Assembly (NCBI RefSeq): GCF_000181795.1
Contig: NW_003526941.1
Span: forward strand, 1,460,624 to 1,524,623
DNA: 64,000 nucleotides
Direction of reading: 5' to 3'
Source of the DNA: Trichinella spiralis
Lineage: Eukaryota
Shown here one piece after another: positions 24,505 through 38,000 of this stretch. Both the position numbers and the translations under genes were made by a program. The notes beneath the pieces are model-generated. The model was not told the origin of the DNA. It ran no database searches and was given only the letters and a program-made list of their open reading frames with translations. Every line of letters starts with the position of its first letter. The stretch's first letter is position 1.

Positions 24505-27500
24505 AATTACTTAACGAAATAATTTAAAAACTGACAAATTCATTATAGTATTTTGTACATTTGAAATTAAAAAATTACAATTTAAACATATTACAATAAC
24601 TTCCAATTAACAACATTTAATCAATAACATCAAACAAAAACTCAATCAAAATCAAAAATTAATTTAACAACAACAGTAATAATAAGCAATGACTGTAGTG
24701 ATTTAAGGAATTTACCCTTAACTGCTACAGTTGGATAAAAGGTTTGTCAAGTAAAATTCAAAATTTATCATTTAAAATTAAAACCCTGCTTCAAACTCAA
24801 TCATGCTAAAATTAAACAACGCATAATACAATTACAATTAGACAGTCCAAATCTGCAATTAGATAATGACTGTACTCTCAAACATTTCCAGAATTACCCA
24901 AATGTACTTAATTTTCAATTTTAATTCATTCACATTATAGTACATGGCAAATCTTTTTGTGAAAACAATACTTCTGGAGAATTTCGCATTATTCTTTTGT
25001 TGCTTAACACAAGGCTTAACAGATGGCAAACCGGTCGAACCGCTTCGAAAGTAACCCGTTCTCTATGCCCAATAGTTAGTTATGTTCAACGTTGAATAAA
25101 ATGCAACTATTGGGAAAATTTTAAACCTTTTCGCAAAAACAAACGTACATTACCGCTTTAATACGTGATAATCGCCAAATCAGAAAAAAAATCGATTTAC
25201 CATTCAAATGATAACACGTGCGACGCACAGGTAGTCGACAAGTCGTAAAATTCACAACTTATCTGTGATCAATCACTATGCACACTATAAACATAACAAC
25301 AAAGAAAATTTTAGCAGGAATTTAAAAAGAACAACAAATAAAACAATGCGCATACAATTTATAATTCTTTCTAAAATTTGAAAATTAATTCACAAAAATC
25401 GGCATAGGAATGCAATGATTTTCGAAAACCTTGCGCACCAACTTCTTAATATGCCTCTCAAAAACTGTACGATTTTTACACAAGCACAACAGCAAATCAG
25501 CCTTCATCGGACAATAATTGTGAAAAATGTGAATGAGAAAGATTGAAACTCATTTTTCAATGCTATTATTAAAAAGTTGATTTCGTTTGATTCGCTGGAT
25601 TTTGATTTTGCTACATTAGACTGTGTTATTTACTGGCCACTTCAAATTTCACCCAATGTAGATTAAGTGAACGTGCGTCAAATATGAAGAAGTTAAAGTT
25701 ATCTAAGCAAACCGATACATGCAGTAATATATTTAATGATAAAAATGAAAAAAAGAATTCATTCATTTCCTTACCGCATACATGCGCGCTTAATGCTGAC
25801 TGTGGATGACTGACTGTTTAGTTCAAAAATATAATATTTTACAGTAGAAATTTAAGGCGCCAAACACATACAGTAGGAAACTTATAAGTAGGTATTTTCG
25901 ATGAATTTTTGAATTTATTTAAAATTTATCGATTGGCGTGATTGATTTTAGAATTAATATTTGCTTTTGTAACGTTTTTCATGCATAATCTTTATTATTT
26001 TTTTAATTTATCAGATTTTGTACCTAGCTCTCATATTTTGACCTAGGTGAACGTGTATTTGAAATGCAGGATTAATTTTAATTTCAAATTTGTGTGCTGA
26101 CGACTGTAAAGCGAAAACTTCTGCTTTTGAATTTAAATGTTCTGCAAGTGTTAGAAAAGTAAATTAATAAAAAAAGAAATTATAGTTTGATTCAACTTTA
26201 CTTATACATGCATATATATATATACTGTACACATTGCTCTTTGATGCCGAATGCAGAAGCATTCATTCATTAGTCACAAAAGTAAACGGTTATCTAAGAT
26301 TTTCATAAATTTTACAATTTTTTTAAATTACCTTAAAAAAATCTGCTAGCGCAAAAGTATTAATTATTGAAAAGAAATCTAAAATCAACGTACTGCAAGT
26401 TGTTCCCTAGTAAAAATTTGCCAAGCAGTGCGGCTCAAAAAAAAAAAAAAAGAAATTCTGCCAGACAATGAAAAAATGCTTCTTCGCACATTTCAGCAAA
26501 GCAAGAACAATCGAAACTACTAAAATTTTATAGGACACGATAGCAGCTTTCCTCCGTCATGAAATATATAACCCGATAAACACCGAAACAAAATGCATAT
26601 AGTAAAACATCCGAACGGCTTTTTGAACACGTTTGACATCTTTGCATTCGACATTGACGGAGTTAAAAGAGGTGGGAAGAAATATTTTGTAAAAAATAGG
26701 AAAAACAATTTAAATGTAACGAAAAAACGATGAAACTGTTATAACTCAAGTATTCGGTCAGTCTTCATAAGGCATTTGAAAAAGTTGCATATATGAAACA
26801 AACAAATAAAAAGATGCGAAAAATAATGAGAGAAACCAAAATATTGACGATATCAATTCGCCATCGCTGTAATATTAAACACATTATAACAATAACTGCA
26901 ATGAGGGGGTTGCTACTATTGCTGTTGTTGATTGTGAGTAGTAGGCGGTTGCGACGAATGGAAGCGGTATTAGGAGTAATAGTAGTAGTAGCAGCAGCAG
27001 CAGCAGCAGTAGTAACAACAGTGATGATGAATGATACACGATGATGATGATGATGGTGATGCAGATGTGTGATGGAATTGATGACGTGACGTGGTGCGGC
27101 GAATAGATGAGGAAAACGAACCCGTGCAGTATATAAATTGAATTGCAGCTTTAAAGCTTGCATCAGTGCTGAGGAAAAACTGTCAAAAAAAACAAAATAA
27201 CAAAAATGTGAATTATGTGCGCGAGTGAGAGAGTGATAAAGAGCAAGAGGGAAAGAGGGAAAGAACAGAAGAAAACAATGCATGAAGCGGTTTCCCAAAT
27301 TAAAGTCTCCACAAGAGAAACGAACGACGTATTTTACAGCAATGAAATGCTAAAAAAATATAAGGTTGGGAGAAAAGAAATAAGCATATTGATTTCTGTG
27401 CCAGATTAAAAGGCAAATTTTGCAAACAGTAGTAGTGAATTATTTCTCTTTTCAATTTGCCCAATTTCGACAAATTTCAATCAATCACATCGTTGGTGGA

Positions 27501-27784
27501 AATGTGATCGATCATGACGTCGGTCAGTTGGATTCAGCAATATTGGAAAAAATGCATTTTCGTGCAAAAAGCATGAAAGAACAGCACAAACACGATACCC
27601 TGGTTTGGCAGTAAATGGATACATGGTTTGCAATGTTTTAAAAAAAACTGTGCTGCAATAAGCTCGATGAACAAACGGACACAGTGGCTACTCACACAGT
27701 ACAAAGTAACTGCAGTAAGTACACTGCAATAGAAAGTTACAGTTGAAATGTTCGGCTTTATGAGACCGTTGTACAATCACAATT

Positions 27785-30700
27785 TCACACTGCTGACGGT
27801 TCCGCGCACAGTACTGTAGAAGGGGTTTTGACGTCGACGGATACATGAGGCCCTTCATCCATCGGCACCACCACCACTTCTTCTTCTTCTTCTTCGATCA
27901 CATTTGGTCTGTGCGTTTTGCTAATTTTCATTGGCACTGCCTCCTCTTCCTCGCCAAAATGTGACTCCATCTCCTCAGAGTCGGTGCAGAAAGGACCACC
28001 GTCATCAGAAATTTGCCCTTCTTCATCCTCTTCCTCGTCACCATCATCATCATCTTCTTCTTCCTCATCATCGTCACCATCGTCGTCGTCGTCGTCGTCG
28101 TCGTCTTCTTCTTCTTCTTCCATCGGTTCGCAGGTCCGTTTCATCACTCCCCCAACAAGTGTAGTTGAAGTAACCTGCGACAACGGACTGTACGACTGGG
28201 CATCGTCTTTTGGCTCCACCTTCACCCTGGCGGGATCTTTGGACAACAAACAGAGCGGATCAACGCTCGCAAATTGAGTGGTCGAGGTCACCTGAGCCGG
28301 TGGACTCTGCTCGGCATTGTCCACACAGTCAAGATCCGAGTCCTTGAACCAAAGGCATTTCTTTTTTCTTCTACAAAAAAAACGTTTTCGACCCGTTGAC
28401 CTCAGGACATCCGCACTGTCAACACTAGAGCTTGACTTACTTGCAGTGTTTACACCATAAGCTCTGTTGGTCGAGACCAAATCGTGCGCGGCATTTTTTC
28501 AACTCTGCACTTTCTGCAAACAAACACACAACCACTTTTTATATAAAAAGATGATCAAATGATGATAAATCAGTTTCAAAAAAAATCCATACATACCGCT
28601 GGTTTTGTCACGTTTGCGCTTTTTTTTCTTATGAATTGCGTAATTGTCACGTGCAGACCAGCCGGGATACCGTTCCATGTGAAGTTCCCGTTCTTTCCGT
28701 GCCATGTCGTAATACTTTTGCTGTTCTTCCTTGTTCAACATGTGCCACTGAATTGCAAATAAAAATGTACATTCTTGGGACAAATACAACAAATGATAAA
28801 TGAATATTGTCAGATGAATGAAAGATGAATAATAAAAAGTCAGTTGATCAAAAAAAAAAAGAAATAAATATGCAAATGTACTCACTCGACGTCCGAGAAT
28901 GCGATTAATTTCCGCAGATTGGCGCTCTTTGAGACCAACTTCGGCCATAACTTGCGGTCGCATTTCTTTCATATAGAGCATAAAAGCGTTCAGTGGCTTT
29001 TTGATGTGCGCGATGCGCGTCTCCCTCTGCTTAGACAAGTCCAATCGTCTGGCGTAAGCTTCCGATTTGTCATCCTCGCTCGTGGTAGCGGAATTGTGCC
29101 TGCGCATCAACGTGGCCACACTCGTCACTGTGTTGGTCACCGCCGGAAGAGTAACTTGTGCCATCGATGCCAGAGGATTACCCAACGAGCCAGACAGTCG
29201 CAAAAACGGCGATATATTTGAACTACAGAATCAATCAATTTAATTGCCCAATTATTATTGAAAACGCATATTTTAGTTACAAGAGAGAAAGAATTTTAAG
29301 AACAAAAAAATTTTTTTCTTTCTTTTCTATTTCAATTTACTTGTGAGTTTGGCTAGGCGGTATTATTGGTATAAATTGTGGCTTGCCAATCACAGGAATT
29401 GCTGTGTTCGTTGTTGGACTGTTCAACGGACTCAACCCGTATGATGGGCTTGATGGCACGCTGCCAAACATCGGGCTGTTTCTGGCTGCCAGCAGACCAC
29501 TGAAAAGTTGAAAAGTGAAACCATTATTACTGCGATACAGCAAGCAAAACTGTAATAACTATTTCTGCTAAGCTTACATTTCAACGGCGGAAAGGTATGG
29601 CGAACCGTATGAAGGAGAAACTTGGGTTGGAATCATCATCGAATTCCGAGTACCTGAAATGTGAGATATTAAAAAATAAAAAGTTTGAAACAGAATCAAT
29701 TTTAATTACCCGTCTTGGTGAAGTCGATAAAATTTAAAAATGGATACGGCATCGAGGCAGACATAGTTCCATCGTTTCCAAACAACGGCGATTGTGCACC
29801 AAGAAAACTCGACGGTGAAGCGTACGGTGTGGTAACAAACGGCAGCCGATTTCCCTACAAATTGTATTGTAAATATGGATTGTGTTAATGTATTAATGTT
29901 CACAAAACACATCAAGAAGAAAAATCTTCCCTATTTCTCACGCTTGCTTAACTTATTCATTTGGAAATTCACAGTAAAAGTTGAGAGTAAAGAAAAGAAA
30001 AGAATCGTCATCAAACTTTTAACCAAATGGCACCATTGTGCAGCGCAGAAAGAGCCAACTGTTTGTTCAAAGGTCTTTTTCAAGTACTTTTTTTCACACA
30101 TGAGCAAAAATTTACAGTGAACCAGCAGCAGTCAATTGTAATTAGTCAATCGATGGTTTATTTCTTTCTTTTTTCATGTTCCTTTCCTGGAGAAAAGTTC
30201 GTCTCCCAACAAACTACAGAAAAATGTACAAAACTGTGCATCCCAATACCGTGAAACCGAAGGTCGTTCATTATGAAGCGCAAGCACTTACTTGTTTTCT
30301 ACCACAACAACAATATCGGTTAGGTACTACTACTAGCAAAAGAACGCGCAAACCCATATAATAAATGAAAATTTTAAATTGAATTTTAAAACTTCATGAT
30401 GATGATTTTCATTTACGTCAACGGTTGTCATTCATTCAGACAAAAATCACAAAACACTAGACAAAAACAGTCATAAGACTCGGCACGTCATCAGACAGCT
30501 TCTTGCATGATCGTCAAATACAATCATCGGTTAGAGAGATTAGTAGTCAAAATCGAAATCAAAATGATAAGAAGCAAAATATGCTCTCGACAAATGTAGA
30601 AAATTTCATCTCCGCTGCTCATTGTAAAACAAATGCGTCAGAGAGGAAAGTGGAAAACAATGAATTCGTGAGAAATTTTCAGCTGACGAAACAAAACACA

Positions 30701-33700
30701 AGCAAAAATTGCTTTCCGCCTTTATAGCTAATACGAAGAGAAAAAAAATACATAAAAACTGCTTCAACCTTAATGATTAATTAAAAGAAGCAATTCTAAG
30801 AAGTGAATTTAAAAAAGAGCTTTACTGCAAGTGGGGTGGGTCGGGTAAAGGAAGAAAACTAGCTACTGATGCTGCTGTAGACAGCGGTTGCACGATGACT
30901 TGTCTGAAAAAATTACAAATTTCATAAGGTCGCAGATTTCATTGTAAAAGCGACCGTCAACTAATCTGATGAATTTTTGCTCGCATTTTCATTGAATACA
31001 AAAAACAAGTGACAATCGACGGCTATCGCAGTTGTATTTTCACTCTGCTGATCAATCCATTACCACTACTACCGTTGCCCCTGCTGCTGCTGCTGCTGCT
31101 GCTGCTATTATGCTATAGTTAAAGTGCCAGTTGTGATTGCTTTTGTACTTAACTGATAACAACACACAATAAGCAACACCAGAAAGAACTGTACGATAAG
31201 ATAAAAATGAAAGACGAACAAAAAATAACACTGATAAAGATTTAAAATTTTTAACCAAATTTCCAACCCTAACTTGACATTTTTTTGAAATAAACTTCGC
31301 ATCCCCTTATATTATATTATATTACATATTTTTTGTATATTTGATGATGCTGCTTTGTGCTACACATTTCACAGAACCACAATCAAAGGCAGTTTAAATT
31401 GACGAAAGCAGTGATGCAGCAAAGCAATGCGCAAATCGAAATACACTTGTCAAAATAGCCAAAGCTATTCATCCACCATTCGCTCATAAATGGAAAATGA
31501 CATTTGAAAACATTCGTTGCTGAGAACCTCGCGTGCCAATCAAAAATAAAAATAAAAACCAAAAAGATATCATCAAGTGCCGTAGTCATTTTTCACGAGT
31601 GTTCACTACTGGAAAAGCAGAATTCATTACTCCAGTTAACATTAACTAAAACATTTTTCAAAAGCAATATACGTATATATGTTTTTTTTAATATTCCTAT
31701 GTTGTTTTCTATACATGCACCACCAGTGTACTCAGGTCTTATTTCCTTCACCAATAAATTAATACATATAGATCAGTACGGATGTATGTAAAATTTAAAA
31801 AAGCAAAACTGATTCCGGCACCGCTAACCAGAAGCCGAAGTGCAATTAGCGAGCAACAAACGGCCGTGTCAAGAGGCTGCCAATTGCATCATGATGACCC
31901 GTGGGAACCCTTCGCCTTTTCCACGGTAAGCAATTACTTAAAAATGTCCTCACGAACACACACACACACACACACATTGGCAAGTGAATTTGAACAATAA
32001 AAATTGCGCTATAAACCATTCGATTTAGTAATAAAATAATAAACGCCATATCAAAATCACCAAAAAAAATAAAGAAAGGCAACAAATTGTTGTCTTATCT
32101 AAAAGACAAATCCTAAAGTGAAAAGCAAACAATATGTGATGCCAGAGAAGTGAAATGTGATGTGAAAATAAGAAAACAACATTCTGAAAAGAGTTAGTTC
32201 TACTTCAGAAGAAACGAAAAGAAAAGGCACTAAAAATGTCACGCTTTTATGCGTGTCTGCGTGTTCATTTGAAAATCTGCTGAAACGCACATTCCATCAT
32301 CATCATCATCATCATCATTAAAGTGAAACTCAGCTCCAAGCAAAAGCAGTTCGCCATTTCAGAATTGCATGCACATCATCATTATCATCAATCAACAACT
32401 TATTGCCAGCTGGCTAACCATCCATTAATAAAAGAAATATCAATCATTTATCAATAAAAAAAGCTTTTATAGTAAAAAAATAAAGTGTTGGCCAGAGTGT
32501 ATTTATGCACAACCACCAACAAACACGGATGCTTAAGACGAACGTGCCAATATATATACATGCGTATAAATCTATAAAAATCTGCTATTTAGGTCTTTGT
32601 TTTAATACGAGTGCAAAAACGTTTGAAAACTGTCAACGTTGAACAGGATTAAATATTCAAGAGCAGTTTGTTGGTCTGAGCAAATCGATAATTTCTTCTT
32701 TCAAATATTTTACGAGAAGGTTGCTTGTTGGGTTTTCCCTGTGCACACATCTCTCAACTCCAACTACTTACTGCCTAGTATTTTTGTAAAAGCAAGTTTC
32801 GTACTGTGGTAGTACTTCGTTACTACTACTACTATTCTTTTTTCTCCTTTTTCCCCTGCTCACAATCTTCCCACTTGATCATTCATCATTGTATATATTG
32901 TTTTTGCACTTTTCTCCGCCAAACTAGCTCTCCAACTTTCTCATTGCTCAACATGAACAAGAGCAGGAAAAATCACTATTTTTCTGTCAAAAAAATCTTT
33001 CTCCAAAAGTGCATACATAAATTTTACAAAGCATCACCACAAACAAGGCTTCAACAAAAAGCTGCATGGCAGAAACAATAGTCGCAGCAGCAGCAAGACC
33101 TGATTTTTTTCACTCATTCTGTGCCAATTTCATGCTGCCAACAATAATCACGTTACTACTCTTCACCATGTTCAAATTTTTTCCTTCTACCTATCTATCT
33201 ATCTATCTATCTATCTATCTGTGTGCTTGTCTCCCCTTGCCACATTGTTATCTGTCACGTTACACTTCAATTGGTACACTTTAATTTATATTATGATTAT
33301 TTTTTGTTGCATAATAATAATAATATTATTATTACTACTACTGACTGGCCGTAAAGCAAGAGCTTGTCAACACGTATAATAAAAACAAATAGAACAAGCA
33401 AAACAGTTGAAAATTATTATTATTATTATTATTATCACCACCATCATACAACCAGTAAACAACATGTGAAAAAAAAATCAATTCTGAAAGCAAATGTGCA
33501 AAGCAATTTAGCTAATATTGATTATTATCATAATTATCATATTCTTGGGTTTATTTCTTGTTCCGACTGATAAAACCCACTACTAATAATTATTGGGCTA
33601 ATTAGTAAAAAGTTGCAAAGCAAAGATAAAACTAATAATAATAATAATAATATGCCGGATATTTGAATATTATCCCCTGATAAAATTGTATTAATATAAA

Positions 33701-34663
33701 TATGAAAAAATTGAAACAACAATCCAATTAGCACAACCAACGTTGCACAGTGAGAGAGGTAGTAATTTGTGTTGCAGTAGCAGCACAGTGGACAGTGGAC
33801 AGGAGAGTTTGGTTATCTGAAGCTTTTCAGCGTGACCTGAGTAGAGAAAGAGATGAACCGAAAAAAAATTAGGAAAAAGTGGGTGGAGAAAGGAAAAAGA
33901 ATAGAAGAAATAAATATTATAGAACAAAAAAAAGGAGGGCAGAGGAAAAGGGCAAGCTGCTGCTGTTGAGTTAAGAAGAAGAAGCGTCAAAGCCACGGAT
34001 TCTCGGTAAATTGTGCCCCTCTGAAGGAGGTCAAGCGAACCTTTTGTCCTGCCCTTCATAACGCAGTCAGTTCAGACTAAGCTTCACGCCAGCTCGGCTC
34101 GAATCGCTCTACACGTCGGCTAGGCTGGGGTCGTTCTCCAACAATGGTCGACAACAAACACGAACAGCAATTCGAGCCGACCAATTCGATTCGGTCGACA
34201 CACGCTGGAGGGCCTGTTTGGCTAGGCGCCGGCCGTCGGATTAATCGCTCCCGAAACAATAGCCTCGCTATTTGCACTAAGCGGCCAACTGCCCCTCCCT
34301 TCTCACGCTGAGGGTCAGCACGACGCGCCTACGCTTCTTTCTTTCCCCTCTTCAACACAGCTCTACTTTACTTTCTACTACTACTATTTCTTTGCCTTCA
34401 TTTACACCAAACAGCAGCACATGCACCATAGTACAATATTAACACACACGTGTGTGTGTGACGAAATAGAATCATCAGCTAACTGACTAGCTAGCTAGAT
34501 GGATAGATCTACTTTACCAACTAAGCAACATTTACAAACTGCACACTCAAGTGGTTACCACAAGCGGACAAGTAGTGCACGGCCGTCGTCAATATCTATT
34601 TTAACCCTCTCTATACTACTGCTTGCTGCTGCTACTACTACTATTGAACCCGATTTTTTCCTT

Positions 34664-34700
<37 letters not shown>

Positions 34701-34997
34701 TATGCTTTTCCAATAATTTTCCTTCCATCAATTAACATTAACAATTAAACCAAAACTTCAATATACAACGCTTATACATACATATATGACAATTTCAAAG
34801 AAAAAAACTTCATCACTTACGATCATACAATAATATTCCCTCTCTTCACAGACAATAAAAACAACTGCATGTAAAAAAATTGGTTAAATCAAAAAATTAT
34901 GACGATAACAATTCTCACAAAGGGTCTTCCTTTGTCAATCATGAAGCTTAATTCTCTTTTGTCAATTTGAGAAAAAATAACAACACAATAATTCCAC

Positions 34998-35030
<33 letters not shown>

Positions 35031-38000
35031 GTGTGTGAACAGAGAATCCTATATTCAAACAAAGCTGCTGCTCGTCTTTTGCTGAAAAGTGGGCGTGCAA
35101 TTTTTGCTTTTTATATTGCAAATATTACTTCCTGTTTTGCTAACTTGACAAATCAACCGAGAACAAAAAAAACTAATATTGTTTGCTCATGTTTGACAAA
35201 AATCCACCCGCATTCATTTTCGAAACAAACGCCTTCGGTAAATTTCAACAAGCTACTTACTCAACAGCCGCTAATCTTTACACATACACACACAGACACG
35301 CATATGTATATATTTATATTTGATTGTCAAAATGCCATATTGAAAAAAATTATAGTATTTTTTCTACTTCATACACTGTCTAATAGGTCACGCCTGCTTT
35401 TCACGGCAGAATTTTTTGTCTGTTTGCGCATGTCATTAAATATTTTGATTACCTGCTAATTTCGCTTTTGTTTTCTTTTAATCTCCCATTTTTCAAAAAC
35501 TCACCGCCTATACACACTAATATACAGGGTCGAATATACAGATTGGAAGAAAAAACGTTTTACATTGATTAATAATTTTCCACTGAATTCAAATCAATCA
35601 TCGTCATCAAATAGTGAAAGTGAGAGAAAGAGAGATAACAAGAAAAAAAAATTAAGCCAAGCCTTTGCTGATAACCGTCGTGATGATGATAATTATGATT
35701 ATGCAAAATGTTGTCTTGGTCAATCTGCTGTCATAACTGGAACACAGGAGAGGGCAAATTGCAGAATTGAATAAACATGGAGCAGTAGTGTCTATTTTCA
35801 TTTCTGTTCTCTCTCTCTCCTTTAGGCTAATCTCAAAGCTTTCCTCTCAGTGTATACAGTTGTATCATTTCAATTGAATGTGCATGAGAGAAAATAATAA
35901 AAATGCCGCATGAGCAAAACACAACATATGCCACATTGATTACAAATATGTATGTATGTAGATGAATAGGCACGCAAAAATGCCATCATCATAATAGTCG
36001 TCGCCTAGTAGAGGAACATTGAAGAAAACTGCAAAGAGCCATTGTCCGCCTAGATTTATTGTTGTAGCCTGACGACCAGACTAGGCTTTGTCCATCCATC
36101 ATGGACAAGGTTTTCTGGGCCGGCCGGCGAATGGCGCCGCCCTGAGAAAAAAAATAAAGACCCAGGAAAAAAGAGGAAGAAGAAGAAGCAGCAGCAACGA
36201 ACACCAGCACCAGCAACAGTAGTAGAATACGAATAATAATAAGAAGAAGAAGAATAACAAAATGAGAGAGAGAGAGAGAGAAGAATGAAAAGTGACAATT
36301 GAAAAAAGCTCGCGGTCAATCATTTTCGACGTGAATGACCAGCGGAGCAAACGAGAAGCCACGAAAATGCGGGGGCCGTTGACAACTGACGGCCCCGAGC
36401 CAGTCTGCACAATGCCAAACGCGCGCCTGACGCGCGGCCGCTAATTATATGCCCAGCTTTTGACGAGATGTCAACTGTCGGACCGCCCAAACGAGACCAA
36501 ACGTCAGAACACTGAGAGAATAGAAGAAGACGAAGACGAAGATAAAAAATATCACTATTATTAAAAATTAAACTAATTATCACCAAGCTAATTATTAATT
36601 ATCTCCTTCTTCTTCTTCTTCTTCAATTATCACAAGTAAATTTCAAAAAATAGAAAAAATTCTGAAACAGTCCACGATTAGAAAAGTTGTATACATGAAC
36701 CATGTTATATATATAGAGTCGCTTCAACACACAAATCGATAACTAGCAAACAACAACGAGCGGTTTTGTAAAAGAAGAAAAAATAATAATCATTATTATA
36801 ATTATGAAATAACAATCAGTGTGGAAATTTTCCTCAGAGCTATTTTCCCTTCAAAGCTGCCATCATCATCATCATCATCGGTGATTGTTGTCAACTGCCG
36901 AGCGACCTCACCCAACTCAAATAACCCCTCTACATATCTCTATATCTCCCCGATGATCATGACAAATTACAATTGAAATTGTTATTTTTTCTAATTATTA
37001 TTACTGGAACAATTGGAAAAGCTGAATCGATTTCACAGTTGTAAATTATTATTTTTTCCATTTCACTGAAACATCATTATCGTATATTTTATACGCGACG
37101 AAGAATAATAACAGATAGCACCTCTCGACTGGCCACCACCAAAAGGACGCTTCACTGAACCGATAGCCGAACGCTTCAAAGCGCCCAGCCAAGCCATGCT
37201 GAATCAATTATTATTATTATTAGTGTATTATTCATTTTTCAATTCCACCGCCTGCCTCACCACACAAACTACTGCCACCATCACCAATAATTCGTCTGCC
37301 GCTTGGTGAGAACAACTGTGCACGACGACGCTATTTGTTGTTTCACGGTGAGAAGCTGAATGTTATTTTTTTTTCTTTCATCTTCTTCCAATTCATCTTT
37401 CCTTCATTTTATCAATTTATTATATTCACTTATGAAATATAAAAGAGCAACTCGTCCAAAACCCCTCCAAAAGAAAAGAAGATGCAAGCAAAATGTTCTC
37501 TCCCAATGATGAGATGATGATAATGTGCTCATGTGCATCTCTGCTGCGTTTATTCTATAATATTCGCCTCGACTTTGTGTTTGTAGAGCGAAGGCAATGC
37601 ACGTTGGCTGGAGCGCGCTAGCGGAGCTTTATCGTGCGACCGTTGTAGTCTCGTCAGTCAGTCGAATGAGAAAAGTGTATGAGAGAAGAAAAACTGGAAA
37701 CACAGAAAACCGGAGTCGACTTTAGAAACACTGCTGCTATGCCGGCATGAAGGCTATGATCGTCGTCGTCACATAAATCATTGACCACAAAATTGATTGA
37801 AGCAGAAAAAATACCAACCAATAGACAAATAAATAAATAAATAACCGCACGTGCCGGATCTCAGCATATACAGATCATTATTATAATTGTCCAGTGGAAC
37901 AACACTGATCATCGACCAGATGTAGAGAGGAGAAAGCTCTTATGTATGCACAGATATGGAACGGGGAAGAGAAGTTGATCGTTGGCGAAAAATAACGTGC

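Noticed and set aside
26765..27298. 177-aa ORF with poly-His/Ala/Thr downstream of TCF
   Set aside because: Composed of microsatellites in a probable 3' UTR/intergenic region; no splice or domain support.
28371..28480. N-terminal part of the 231-aa ORF 27785-28480 as a separate gene
   Set aside because: It reads through the C-clamp exon in the wrong frame and through an intron; only the part from 28370 down is TCF coding.
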